From Saccharolobus islandicus REY15A (GTDB lineage Archaea > Thermoproteota > Thermoprotei_A > Sulfolobales > Sulfolobaceae), in the NCBI RefSeq assembly GCF_000189555.1, contig NC_017276.1: 64,000 nucleotides of DNA. One strand, given 5' to 3'. The notes beneath the pieces were generated by a model, which saw nothing but the letters and a program-made list of their open reading frames with translations, searched no databases and had not been told where the DNA came from. Both the position numbers and the translations under genes were made by a program. This document shows positions 21,656-31,346 of this stretch, in pieces. Position 1 is the stretch's first letter; every line of letters starts with the position of its first letter.

Positions 21656-23002
21656 ATGAGTATCGCTGGGAGAATAGAAAGACTACCTTGGACTTCTTTT
21701 CATACGAGACTCTTAGCCCTCTTAACTCTGGGAGAGTTCTTCGAACTCTACGATCTATTTACTGGAGGCTTTGTAGCATCACAAGTGTCATCGTTTTTTA
21801 AAGTATCATCAGCAACTGGAATCTACTATACTGTTGCAATCTTCTTTCTAGGAGCATTCGTAGGTGCGATAATTTTCAACTATATAGGAGATTCAGTAGG
21901 TAGGAGGACTGCACTGATAATCAACATGGCAATAACCTCTATCGCCTTACTGTTGATACCATTTTCTCCAAATATTCTAACTTTTGGAATATTAAGATTT
22001 ATAGCTGGTGTAGGAGTTGGACCAGAGGCAATATTAGTTTTAGACGTTTTAATAACGGAGTTCTTTCCGTCGACTGTCAGAGGCAGAACGTTAGCAATAG
22101 GTTATACTGCAGCGTGGACTGCACCTATAGTCGTCGCAATTTTAGCTTATCTTCTTCTGCCTCATAAATACATTCTATACGGTTGGCAATGGCTATTCAT
22201 AATAGGAGGCTTAGGTATACTTACAATAATACCATTTAGATTCCTAATTCCAGAATCTCCTAGATGGTTAGAAAGTAAGGGAAGATTGGATGAGGCTGAA
22301 AAAATAGTTAGAAGGATGGAAGAAATAGCTATTAAGGAAAAGGGGCAATTGGGAGAACCATTACAAGTCCAAGTTATAACTTCACAACGGGTTACAATAT
22401 CTGAACTATTCTCGCCACTGTATAGAAAGAGGACAATAATGCTATGGGTTTTTGAATTCTTACAAGCTGGCGTATATTACGGCTTTGCCTCACTGGCCCC
22501 ATCAGTACTATTTGCGAAAGGTTTCACATTAGTGCATACTCTACAGTACACGATGATAATCTATACCTCATACTTTATTAGTTCTCTAGCATCAATATTT
22601 ATCATAGATAGTCAAAAGTTTGACAGGAAATGGCAGGTAAGTATTGTAATGTTGTTAATGGGGTTAGTAGGACTAGCTTTTGGATTCTCCTCCTCTCCTC
22701 TGGAGGCAGTAGCAACTGGCTTCATATTTGGTTTCTTATCAAATATATTTTCCAATGCTTTCCATCAATACGGTGCTGAGTTATATCCAACTAGAGTAAG
22801 GGCTTTTGCAGATGGTGTGCAGTACTCCTTAAGTAGATTAGGAAACTACATTTGGTTAACTCTCTTACCAATAGTGTTATATAGTAACGGACCAGTTGCA
22901 ATGTACACAGTGGTATTCATAATGGCTCTTATAGTAACTCTAGACGTAGCAATTTTAGGACCTAAGGCTTCAAAGATTGAACTTGAAGAATTATCAAAAT
23001 AA
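21656..23002 (+). CDS. MFS transporter (aromatic acid/sugar porter type)
   Basis: GDSVGRR, PESPRWL and ELYPTRVRA motifs. Confidence 0.9.
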   Translation: MSIAGRIERLPWTSFHTRLLALLTLGEFFELYDLFTGGFVASQVSSFFKVSSATGIYYTVAIFFLGAFVGAIIFNYIGDSVGRRTALIINMAITSIALLLIPFSPNILTFGILRFIAGVGVGPEAILVLDVLITEFFPSTVRGRTLAIGYTAAWTAPIVVAILAYLLLPHKYILYGWQWLFIIGGLGILTIIPFRFLIPESPRWLESKGRLDEAEKIVRRMEEIAIKEKGQLGEPLQVQVITSQRVTISELFSPLYRKRTIMLWVFEFLQAGVYYGFASLAPSVLFAKGFTLVHTLQYTMIIYTSYFISSLASIFIIDSQKFDRKWQVSIVMLLMGLVGLAFGFSSSPLEAVATGFIFGFLSNIFSNAFHQYGAELYPTRVRAFADGVQYSLSRLGNYIWLTLLPIVLYSNGPVAMYTVVFIMALIVTLDVAILGPKASKIELEELSK

Positions 23003-23030
23003 ATAATTAAAAAAGAGTTTATGATTTTTA

Positions 23031-24401
23031 TTATATTAAAACGTATGTATTGTAACCTTGTTCTGGTATATAATATATTTGGGGATAGGTTTTACCATTT
23101 CCGTTAGGCCAATACCATAATATTCCAGGGATTGTAGAAGGAGGTGGGTAGCTGGGATACACAAAATACCAATAACCTATTGCATATAAATTATTAGAAT
23201 TTACTATAGTCCAATTGTAATTATAAGTATTGTTGTATAGTGGACCATTCTTTAACATTGTACTCGAAACGTTATAGAAGTTAGGTAAACCTTGATTTTT
23301 CAAGCCTTGATTTTTCAAGGTTACAAAATAAGCTTGAGATATTGCGACAGTTTTTAATGATGAACCAAACTTAACTGTTGATATGTATCCATTAGATTGC
23401 ATAGTAGTTCCTAATGTGGTAGTGTTGAGCCATTTTTGACTACTCAAATTATAAATCGTAAAATTAACCTTTTGCGATGATTGTAGCTGACTTCCTAAGC
23501 TAAAGTTAATGAAATACCAATTGTTTTGATAAAGCATTATCATATAGGTTTGGGTTATATATTTATTACTAGATAGATCATAGGTTCCAACGTACAACTT
23601 ATTCCCAATAACCCAAACTAAAATTGAGAAATTTTTATTATTAGTAGGTGTAATAGTTACGTTAAGAAGATAAGTCTTAGTAGTTGCATTAGAGATAAGC
23701 TTGAACCATAATCCAAAGCCTAATCCAGTCTGGCTTGTTACTTGATGCGGAGGTATAAAATTAGTATTTTTAGAATTTCCCACATAGTTTCCACTCCCAG
23801 ATAATACATAAACCCCTATTCCGGCATTTGATGGGTTCAAGTAAGTGTAATCTAACCTATACCACTTACCTTGATAATAGTACAATATCCATAACATAAT
23901 TATCTGGCCATTCGAGACATTAGCCGATAATATATAACTCCGATTTGAAGTCAGATTATAAGCATAAACACCGTTAATTTTACCAATCAACTGGGTTTGT
24001 TGAGGCAAATAGACATTACCATTGAAGGCGAATTTAGTATTTAATGGGATATACCCATTAGTCATAGAAAAGAATATACTAGCGTTTTGGCTATTGCTAG
24101 GGAGAATATAAAATGGGTTCAACCTGGGTGAAGCAACGAAAGGTATAACAGTCACATACTTAGTAGGGGAGTTAATCCATATTAAGTAACTAACATTAAA
24201 GTAGTTATAACTAGGTGGTAATCCTTTAAACGAATCTTGTGAAACTGCTACTTGAACAATTTTAGAAATACCTATCACATTCTCCTCTTGTAAGAATGCA
24301 AGACCTTGAACTGAAAAGAATGCTGAATATATTGCAAACGCAGAGAGAGCTATTATAACAGTAACGATTATCATCAACAAATTCGTAACTGCACTAGGCA
24401 T
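23031..24401 (-). CDS. Pilin-like membrane-anchored surface glycoprotein
   Basis: N-terminal MPSAVTNLLMII hydrophobic helix; Asn/Thr/Tyr-rich with many NxS/T sequons. Confidence 0.75.
   Translation of the reverse strand: MPSAVTNLLMIIVTVIIALSAFAIYSAFFSVQGLAFLQEENVIGISKIVQVAVSQDSFKGLPPSYNYFNVSYLIWINSPTKYVTVIPFVASPRLNPFYILPSNSQNASIFFSMTNGYIPLNTKFAFNGNVYLPQQTQLIGKINGVYAYNLTSNRSYILSANVSNGQIIMLWILYYYQGKWYRLDYTYLNPSNAGIGVYVLSGSGNYVGNSKNTNFIPPHQVTSQTGLGFGLWFKLISNATTKTYLLNVTITPTNNKNFSILVWVIGNKLYVGTYDLSSNKYITQTYMIMLYQNNWYFINFSLGSQLQSSQKVNFTIYNLSSQKWLNTTTLGTTMQSNGYISTVKFGSSLKTVAISQAYFVTLKNQGLKNQGLPNFYNVSSTMLKNGPLYNNTYNYNWTIVNSNNLYAIGYWYFVYPSYPPPSTIPGILWYWPNGNGKTYPQIYYIPEQGYNTYVLI
23290..23319. repeat. 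15-bp in-frame tandem duplication
   Basis: CCTTGATTTTTCAAG twice, encoding LKNQG-LKNQG. Confidence 0.9.
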
Positions 24402-24456
24402 ATATAGAATATTAAGCGAGGATTTATATATAACTTTTTCTCAATATAGAATAGAG

Positions 24457-25020
24457 ATGCCTTCAGAAGTTACAGAGGAGTTCATCATAGTTATTGCAGT
24501 AGTTATAATAGGATTAGTATTATTTGGTTTTACTACTTCCTATTTCATACCCCATGAGATATTTAGTCTAGCTCAACAACAAGCCAGTTCTATATCCTCA
24601 TCAACAACAATATCAGTTGGACCATTAATAATTGGTTCATCAGGTGCAAGCACAGTAATCGAGGTATATAATCCAGCAGTAGCTGGAAACGTTACTTTAA
24701 TAGTCTTTCCAGAACCTTCATATTTACAGCAAGCCGTAGGATTAGTAACACCTCAGTCACCTCCACAATTTTCAGTTTATTTATCAAATGGTAAATTAGC
24801 TAAAAATACTATAATAAGTGTACCAATATACGATATAAGCGGTAAAATAACTTACGGTTCTCAAATAACAGCATATTCAGTGCCCTTTAATACTCCGGTT
24901 ACGGTAGTGGTAAACGGAGTAAGCGAGAGTAATTATATTTTAGTAGTTTGGGTATTATATAACTCAAACGGTTATTGGTTTAGAATAGCATATACCTTCA
25001 CGGGGGTACCTTCAACATGA
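24457..25020 (+). CDS. Pilin-like protein
   Basis: MPSEVTEEFII followed by a hydrophobic helix and a beta-rich body. Confidence 0.7.
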   Translation: MPSEVTEEFIIVIAVVIIGLVLFGFTTSYFIPHEIFSLAQQQASSISSSTTISVGPLIIGSSGASTVIEVYNPAVAGNVTLIVFPEPSYLQQAVGLVTPQSPPQFSVYLSNGKLAKNTIISVPIYDISGKITYGSQITAYSVPFNTPVTVVVNGVSESNYILVVWVLYNSNGYWFRIAYTFTGVPST

Positions 25021-26662
25021 GGAAAGCACTATCTTCCGCAATATTCTTAATAATAATGCTCATAGTTCTCCTTTCCGTATTGATACCAGCATTACTGATA
25101 TTTAACTCAACTCCAATATATTCGAGTCAAGGGCAAATTGCCGGTACTGGTTATCAACAACTTCAGAAAAATGAAGAAAATCAAGTATTTAGAGGAAATC
25201 CCAATATATATTACAATTCCTCCTTAATGCCTTATATCGAATTTTTATATAACTCAATACCGTATCCACTTAATATAACACAAATTTACTATTTTAATGG
25301 TAGTACATGGGTTCCAGCTCTTAAAAATTCAATACTAATAGCTGGAAACCAGAACATTTACTTACCACGTGCTGCATTTAATCAACCCATCCTAATAGTA
25401 TCTTCTCAAGCTAATTTCTATTTTCTAAATCCTAACACTTCAGTTACTACAGTTACCTGCGGGTAAGGTTCCAGTTTATGTTACTGCATTTGTTATAAAT
25501 GGAAGCAGGGTAATTCCAGTAAGCATTCAAGTGATTTTAGGGGCTAATCCACCACTCTTAACCCCGCAATTCTATTATCTAAATCCTGGGACGTATTCGA
25601 TTAGTGATAAAAACGGTTCTGTCATATTCTTCCAAGGTTATGGTTTGACCGCTACATTCCAGAACTGGACTATAGTAGGAAATGGGAATTTAAATTCGCC
25701 TTCTAAACTTTCCACCACTTTTACTGTAACTGGACCTCTAGTTTTAACTGCGATATATATATAAGGCACAGTTACAGAAATTTACACTTGTGATAAATAC
25801 TAATAATTTACCATTGGGAAGTACTATAAATCCCAGTAATAATAATCAGTTTACCTTAACTTCACTTAACAATACAATACCAGTACTAATAGATAATAAA
25901 CAATACTATATAAATTCTACTGGATTACAATTACAATTAACTTATGGTTACCATATAATACAATTTCCCTCATATTATAATATAACCTTTAATTATACTT
26001 CAACCAACTATCAAGGTGCTTATAACACAATGCCAATTAAGGATGGTACATTCATGCAGAATGGAAAAGTAACGATACAAGGTGGTCAAATAAATTGTTA
26101 TCAATTCACAAGTTTATCAACAAACACTAGTAAGATAAATATAATCAACAGCTATACAGTCTTCGTCAATGGCAGTGGCAAAATTATTGGTAATTACCAA
26201 CTAGATCAAACATACTACTTAGTAATTGCTGAAAATTACTTCTACTTTCCTCAAGGTATTTGGGCTTCATACAATTCTACTCCAGTTAATATAAGCATAG
26301 GGGCACAACCACTTCAGGTTCAAGTTTTGGGAACAAATCAAGTTATTACACTCGGAAACATTAACAACTACGTTCCAGAAAAGATATATTTCAAGAATGG
26401 AACGGAATTGGAAATTACTTTAGATTATTTACAAGAGTTAAGTGGTTACTTCAAGATTGTTAAAGTTGGAAATTATACTGGTCTCTTATCTTATCCGCAG
26501 AAAGTGACTATCTATAATGTAACGTATGAGAATGGTTATACATACCATCCTGAAGCTCAAAGCGGGAATTATGGTATAATGTATATAAATTCTCCCCTTA
26601 TAATAATTAATTACGAGGAATGGGAATACGGTGCCATACCAAATGGTGGGAACAATGGTTAA
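25017..26662 (+). pseudogene. Large type IV pilin-like surface protein with two frameshifts
   Basis: Class III signal MRK-ALSSAI plus hydrophobic helix; frames join near 25455 (PAGKVPVYV) and at the (AT)5 run 25753-25762 (KAQLQKFTLV). Confidence 0.85.
25753..25762. repeat. (AT)5 microsatellite at a frameshift site
   Basis: GCG ATATATATAT AAG; (AT)3 or (AT)6 would be in frame. Confidence 0.85.
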
Positions 26663-28211
26663 GAATAGGGCTCTATCTAACGTATTATCAATTATCATTC
26701 TCATATTTGTTATTCTCTTAGTCTTCATACCATTCTTATATTATTTAAACAATATTTCTCAGAATAATACTGTAAAAACCTCTATAGTTAATAATTACGT
26801 CTATCTAAAAAACCTTCAAATTTCACAAGTAACTACTGGTCATCCGTCCTTATACTATAACGGTAGTTCAATTTACGCGGTATATTCTAATGGAACCTTT
26901 GTACCCCCTTCGAGTTTAACGATTGTAAGCATTCTATATCTCAATACAAACGGGATATGGTTAAACTTAACTTCAATCAAATATCCTCTTGTGGTATCAA
27001 AAGGTCAAGTTATTAGTTTACCTAGTTATATTCAAGGTAGACCAATCATCATAGTCACATCGTTAGGCAATGTATTCTTTTTACAACCTGGATCATCAAT
27101 AGGTCCCTTTTGCGACCGCAAGTATAGTAATTTTCATTGAATTTGCAACGCAGTCCAACCGAGAAAGTCTTCCCAGTGATTGAATTCACACATAGCATTG
27201 TTAGAGGTTAAAGCAGTAGTGTCTAGTAAGAATCTTATCAACAATTTAATTGAATAGAAGCATTGCAGTTAATATGAAAGAGACTATAGAGGAGGAGTAG
27301 AGATTTTGACTCAAATATATACCTCAAGTGGGCCATTATCAGTGTCTACTAACGTTACTACAAATATATATGGTACCTATAAGAATTTTACTACTCCAAT
27401 TGCATTCTCGAACCAGACTGGGACTTTTGTGGCTAGACTGCCTCAGTATGTGTTTTATCAGAACTCTAAGGGACAGATTATAACTGGTGTATTTCATAAT
27501 TGGATAGTCTTAGGGTTAGCTACTGTTAACTCAACCTCTAGCCAAGGAATACAAGTTAACTTAAAAGGCCAACCTGTAGTGTTAATAGGCAACTACACCC
27601 AAATAACCAGTACTGTGGGGTTGACCTTACAAGTTATAGGTGATAGTAATATCTATGTGTCGGTTTTTGTTAATGGTAACAGTTATACTATTCAAAACGA
27701 GCAAACAATTGCTGTAACAGCGGGGTATGTTAATATTACAGTTATAACGTTACAAGTTAACGATACTACACAACAGTCCAAAGGTATAATAAGTCATTAT
27801 ATATATTCTAACGCTGAATATAACGGGAAGACGTACATTGCAAAGTCTTTTCTAATATTTGTACCACCAGGAGCTATAAACCCAACAGTTTATTTGAAAT
27901 ATCTAAATGATTATAACTACTACCGAGTTAAGATTATTGGAAATTATAATGGTCAAGTTTGCTTAATCCTCAATGGTACAGTGTATAATTACAATAATCC
28001 TTATTGGATAATTGGAGGGAACTATAGTTTTGACCCCACTGGAATATTTACTGGATCAAGTACCTATGGTGCACAAACAGTTATATTCCAATATTCTAAC
28101 GGAACATCATTTAAGTACACATTCCCGAATATTCCATCCTATGTTATAATTAATCAACCAATGAACATAACGGTTAAATATGCCGTAACAGAATATTGGA
28201 AACGATTGTAG
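26655..28211 (+). pseudogene. Large type IV pilin-like surface protein interrupted by a 162-bp insertion plus a 1-nt frameshift
   Basis: Class III signal MVKNR-ALSNVL; the downstream half resumes RGGVEILTQIY. Confidence 0.82.
27125..27286. mobile_element. Candidate IS630-type MITE (162 bp)
   Basis: Imperfect terminal inverted repeats TAGTAATTTTCA / TGAAAGAGACTA flanked by TA on both sides; non-coding. Confidence 0.6.
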
Positions 28212-28220
28212 TGATTAACC

Positions 28221-28724
28221 ATGAGGAAGGCTCAATCAGAATATATCGGTTTCATAATAGCTATAATAATAATAGTATTGATACTTGTTCCCTTGTTTTA
28301 TATACTTGATAACTATTCTGTACCTTCAGCCAAGCAATTAGACTATGTTCAAGTTCTAAAGAATCAGATAAATGGTGGTGGAATTCTAATATTTTTCAAT
28401 TCTACTTATCCAAAAAGTTCCTCAAGTTCAGTTTGGGCTAATTCTACTCTCATTGTACTAAAGGGGAATGGTAACTATACTCTAACGGGTGTCTATTATA
28501 TGAAGGGTAGTGTGATTTATAATGTCACCTCTAGGGTAATACCATTTATAATCGCTAATGGGCAAGCACAACTTCTCAACAACAATCACCTTCCACAACC
28601 TCTTATCTATAATTTCTCATTACCAGCTTGCGTTTGGAACTATTCTGTTGTCCTCCAAATTAATGGTTATAATGTTACAGTGTTTGCCCAAGTTTACCCT
28701 AATGAGACAGCGTTCACTAGCTAG
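28221..28724 (+). CDS. Type IV pilin-like protein
   Basis: Class III signal MRK-AQSEYIG followed by a hydrophobic helix. Confidence 0.82.
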   Translation: MRKAQSEYIGFIIAIIIIVLILVPLFYILDNYSVPSAKQLDYVQVLKNQINGGGILIFFNSTYPKSSSSSVWANSTLIVLKGNGNYTLTGVYYMKGSVIYNVTSRVIPFIIANGQAQLLNNNHLPQPLIYNFSLPACVWNYSVVLQINGYNVTVFAQVYPNETAFTS

Positions 28725-29202
28725 ACCACTTTGCACCTCTTTTCCTCACCATAAAAACTCTATCGAATTCTATGAGTTTCTCTCCTTTTTGGTTATATCC
28801 ATATGACCTTATCTTGACTATTCCAAAACTGGGTCTACTCTTAGATTCCCTAACCTCAATGACCTCAGCATCAGCGTAAATAGTATCGCCAGAAAATACT
28901 GGGTGTAAAAACTTTACGTTCTCTATACCTAGCATGAAACCATTCTGACTAGTTTGCTCTACTAGTAAACCTGCTACTATGGCTAGGGTTAAAAATCCGT
29001 TTACTACCAATCTACCCTTAAAAGGCTCTCCAGGAAAGTATTTCTCAGTGTAATCCTTATTGAAATGTATTTGATTACTATTATTCGTTAGAAGGGTAAA
29101 CCAGATATTATCTACATCAGTTATAGTCCTACCTACCTTGCTCTTAAACTTTTGCCCTATTTTAAAATCTTCAAAATAAGGACCTTCTGAGTTTTCTGAC
29201 AT
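28717..29202 (-). CDS. MaoC-family dehydratase
   Basis: YFEDF, GRTITDVDN, NQIHFN and PVFSGDT motifs. Confidence 0.9.
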   Translation of the reverse strand: MSENSEGPYFEDFKIGQKFKSKVGRTITDVDNIWFTLLTNNSNQIHFNKDYTEKYFPGEPFKGRLVVNGFLTLAIVAGLLVEQTSQNGFMLGIENVKFLHPVFSGDTIYADAEVIEVRESKSRPSFGIVKIRSYGYNQKGEKLIEFDRVFMVRKRGAKWSS

Positions 29203-29417
29203 AAAGATTCATAATATTTTCGGTTAATAAAATCAATACTTGAGCATACTCATAATATTGTAATTTTCTCTATTTGAAGACTTATCATCTTAGTTAGAAA
29301 GAAGTTATTAGATGCTGTATTAATTTTAATTCTAGTCTAAGAATTTTTCAAAAATACTACCGTGAATCGTCCCATTCTCTTGTGATGGAGATGTGAGCAT
29401 AATAGAAAGTCTTATTA

Positions 29418-29433
29418 GTCTGATTAATCAGAC
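29418..29433. promoter_or_regulatory. Perfect 16-bp palindrome, candidate VapBC operator
   Basis: GTCTGATTAATCAGAC between the TATA-like CTTATTA (29411-29417) and ATG 29441. Confidence 0.7.
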
Positions 29434-29440
29434 AAATCTT

Positions 29441-29668
29441 ATGGATAGGATCATAAGGATAGGTAAAAGAAATGCGATTTACATTCCTAAAGAGATTGCA
29501 AATAGTCTTAACTTAAAAGAGGGGGATAGGCTAGTTATAGTAGTAGAGGATGGTAAGATAGAGTTAATACCGGTAAGGAAACCTTCAAAGTATTGGGCTG
29601 AAATAAGTCCAGAGGAGGTAGAGGAGGTTGGAGAAGAGATTAGCGGGTCTCTCGGAATTAATAGTTGA
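29441..29668 (+). CDS. vapB: AbrB/MazE-type antitoxin (VapB)
   Basis: RIGKRNAIYIPKEIANSLNLKEGD motif with an acidic C-terminus; start at 29441 preferred. Confidence 0.88.
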   Translation: MDRIIRIGKRNAIYIPKEIANSLNLKEGDRLVIVVEDGKIELIPVRKPSKYWAEISPEEVEEVGEEISGSLGINS

Positions 29669-30062
29669 TACTAGTTTTCTATTACCTTTAGTGGGGATTA
29701 AGGTTAAAGGTATAAAAGATGAATTGCTGGAAGGGAGGGCAATATACTATCCTAACCTAATGCTAACAGAACTTCTAGCAGTAATATTTAAGGAGGCTAA
29801 GAAGTTAAAATTAGACAAAGTACCGGAAGAAGCAATGAAAGGGTTAATTTATGTTCTGAGCAACGTTAAACTAATTCCTATTGAAGAACTTGAAATCGAG
29901 ACGATATATGAAATCCTAAATAAGGGTTGGAAGGATATATTTGATGCGATATTATACACTGCGTATAAAAGTACTAAAATTCCACTAATTACCATGGATA
30001 AATCATTTTATAATTTCTTGAAAGAAAAAGGAATAGACGCCAAAGGAGTCATATTGCTTTAA
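29628..30062 (+). CDS. vapC: PIN-domain toxin (VapC)
   Basis: [18 protein letters not shown] and LITMD PIN motifs; overlaps the antitoxin gene. Confidence 0.88.
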   Translation: MEKRLAGLSELIVDTSFLLPLVGIKVKGIKDELLEGRAIYYPNLMLTELLAVIFKEAKKLKLDKVPEEAMKGLIYVLSNVKLIPIEELEIETIYEILNKGWKDIFDAILYTAYKSTKIPLITMDKSFYNFLKEKGIDAKGVILL

Positions 30063-30090
30063 GGGGGATCTTTCAACTTGGATAACGTCT

Positions 30091-30374
30091 CGTGATAAGC
30101 TCTATCTGATGCAGTATCGTCGTGTTCAATGCTGGATTGTGTGGCAAGCTAAGAAGCATGGGTTAATTGTCAAGTTCGTTAATCCCAGTTATTCTTCTGT
30201 TTCATGTTCTAAGTGTAATAAAAAGATGAGGGAAGTTAGTTATAGATACTTCCGCTGTCCTTCATGCGGTTATGAGATGACCGTGATGTTATTGCAATTA
30301 TGAATTTAAGCTGAAGGGGGTCTCTGACTCTCTCGACTGCCCCTCATGTGAGAGATGTAGTTCCGAATCGATGA
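30091..30374 (+). pseudogene. tnpB: tnpB 3' remnant of a different subfamily from the two intact copies
   Basis: [11 protein letters not shown]...[13 protein letters not shown]...CPSCGYE, then after a frameshift [10 protein letters not shown] and GSLTLSTAP. Confidence 0.85.
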
Positions 30375-30448
30375 GAGAAACCATTGCCCTTCCAGGGCGG
30401 TAAGGAAATCAGTAAATAATTATATAGCACCTCATAATATATAGAATT

Positions 30449-30667
30449 ATGGAGAGTGAGGTTAGAAAACTACTAGATAAGGCGGAAAAACTAGTAGATG
30501 AATGTGTTAATTGTTCATCTGAGGATTGTGATGAGTGTGAAGATGCAGAAGAGCTTTTGAATGAAATAAGAAATAAGATTCAATCAATACAAGATAAAAA
30601 GGTTGCTAGGAGGTTAGGGGTATTTTTAGATGATTTAGAAAATAAGTTGGAAAGTAAGTTGGGCTAA
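30449..30667 (+). CDS. Small acidic Cys-rich coiled-coil protein
   Basis: CVNC-SSED-CDEC between predicted helices. Confidence 0.75.
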   Translation: MESEVRKLLDKAEKLVDECVNCSSEDCDECEDAEELLNEIRNKIQSIQDKKVARRLGVFLDDLENKLESKLG

Positions 30668-30668
30668 C

Positions 30669-31298
30669 TTATGGTAATATGTCCATTGTAAGGAATGGAT
30701 TCTTTACTTTCTCATATCCCAATACTGTAAATGGACCGTGACCAGGGTAAACTATTATCTCATCTGGTAATTTCTTCAATTTTTCTAAACTCTCTCTCAG
30801 TAATTTTTCAGATCCACCTAAGTCAGTTCTGCCAACAGTTCCGTAAAATAACGTATCTCCAGTGAATATGTATCCATTTGCTAGAACGCAAATACTACCC
30901 ATTGTATGACCTGGAGTTTCAATAATTCTTAACTTTTCCCTTCCCAATTCTATTTCATCACCTTCCTTTACAAAACCGTCAGGTTTCACCACATCTGAAA
31001 TTGATAGGTTAAGAAATGATTGGGCCATCCCACTAGCTCTCTTTAATAAGCCTAAATCCTTTTCGTTAACTAGGAAAAGCGATGAAGGGAATTCTCTCTT
31101 TAATTGGTTTACTCCCATGATGTGGTCAAAATGACCATGTGTTGCTATTATATACCTTATGGTAATCTTTTCTTTTCTTACGGCTTGTATTAGTTCACTC
31201 ATATCTCCTCCAGCGTCTATTACTACCCCTTCCTTTTCCGCAATTATTAGGTAAGAGTTTGTTGCTAGCGGCCCAGTAATGAAATTTTTAACAATCAT
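30669..31298 (-). CDS. MBL-fold metallohydrolase (glyoxalase II-like)
   Basis: THGHFDH, TPGHT, FTGDTLF and YPGHG motifs. Confidence 0.92.
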   Translation of the reverse strand: MIVKNFITGPLATNSYLIIAEKEGVVIDAGGDMSELIQAVRKEKITIRYIIATHGHFDHIMGVNQLKREFPSSLFLVNEKDLGLLKRASGMAQSFLNLSISDVVKPDGFVKEGDEIELGREKLRIIETPGHTMGSICVLANGYIFTGDTLFYGTVGRTDLGGSEKLLRESLEKLKKLPDEIIVYPGHGPFTVLGYEKVKNPFLTMDILP

Positions 31299-31346
31299 TA
31301 TATATAATCTTACACACGTTAGGATAAAAACTTATTATATGAGGAG

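Larger units (their letters stand above)
29360..30412 (+). mobile_element. Degenerate IS200/IS605 (ISC1316-like) element enclosing vapBC
   Basis: Left-end-like hairpin TCCCAT/ATGGGA at 29370-29390 (match to ISC1316 is from recall); tnpB 3' remnant; right end ...CCCTTCCAGGGCGG...TCAG at 30412. Confidence 0.6.

Noticed and set aside
25531-26662. ORFs 25531-25764 and 25790-26662 (and 27306-28211) as independent genes
   Set aside because: No signal peptides or ribosome-binding sites; open frames extend upstream of their nominal starts to the lesion sites
29393-29440. 16-aa N-terminal extension of the antitoxin
   Set aside because: Covers the TATA box and operator palindrome; the AbrB fold starts at ATG 29441
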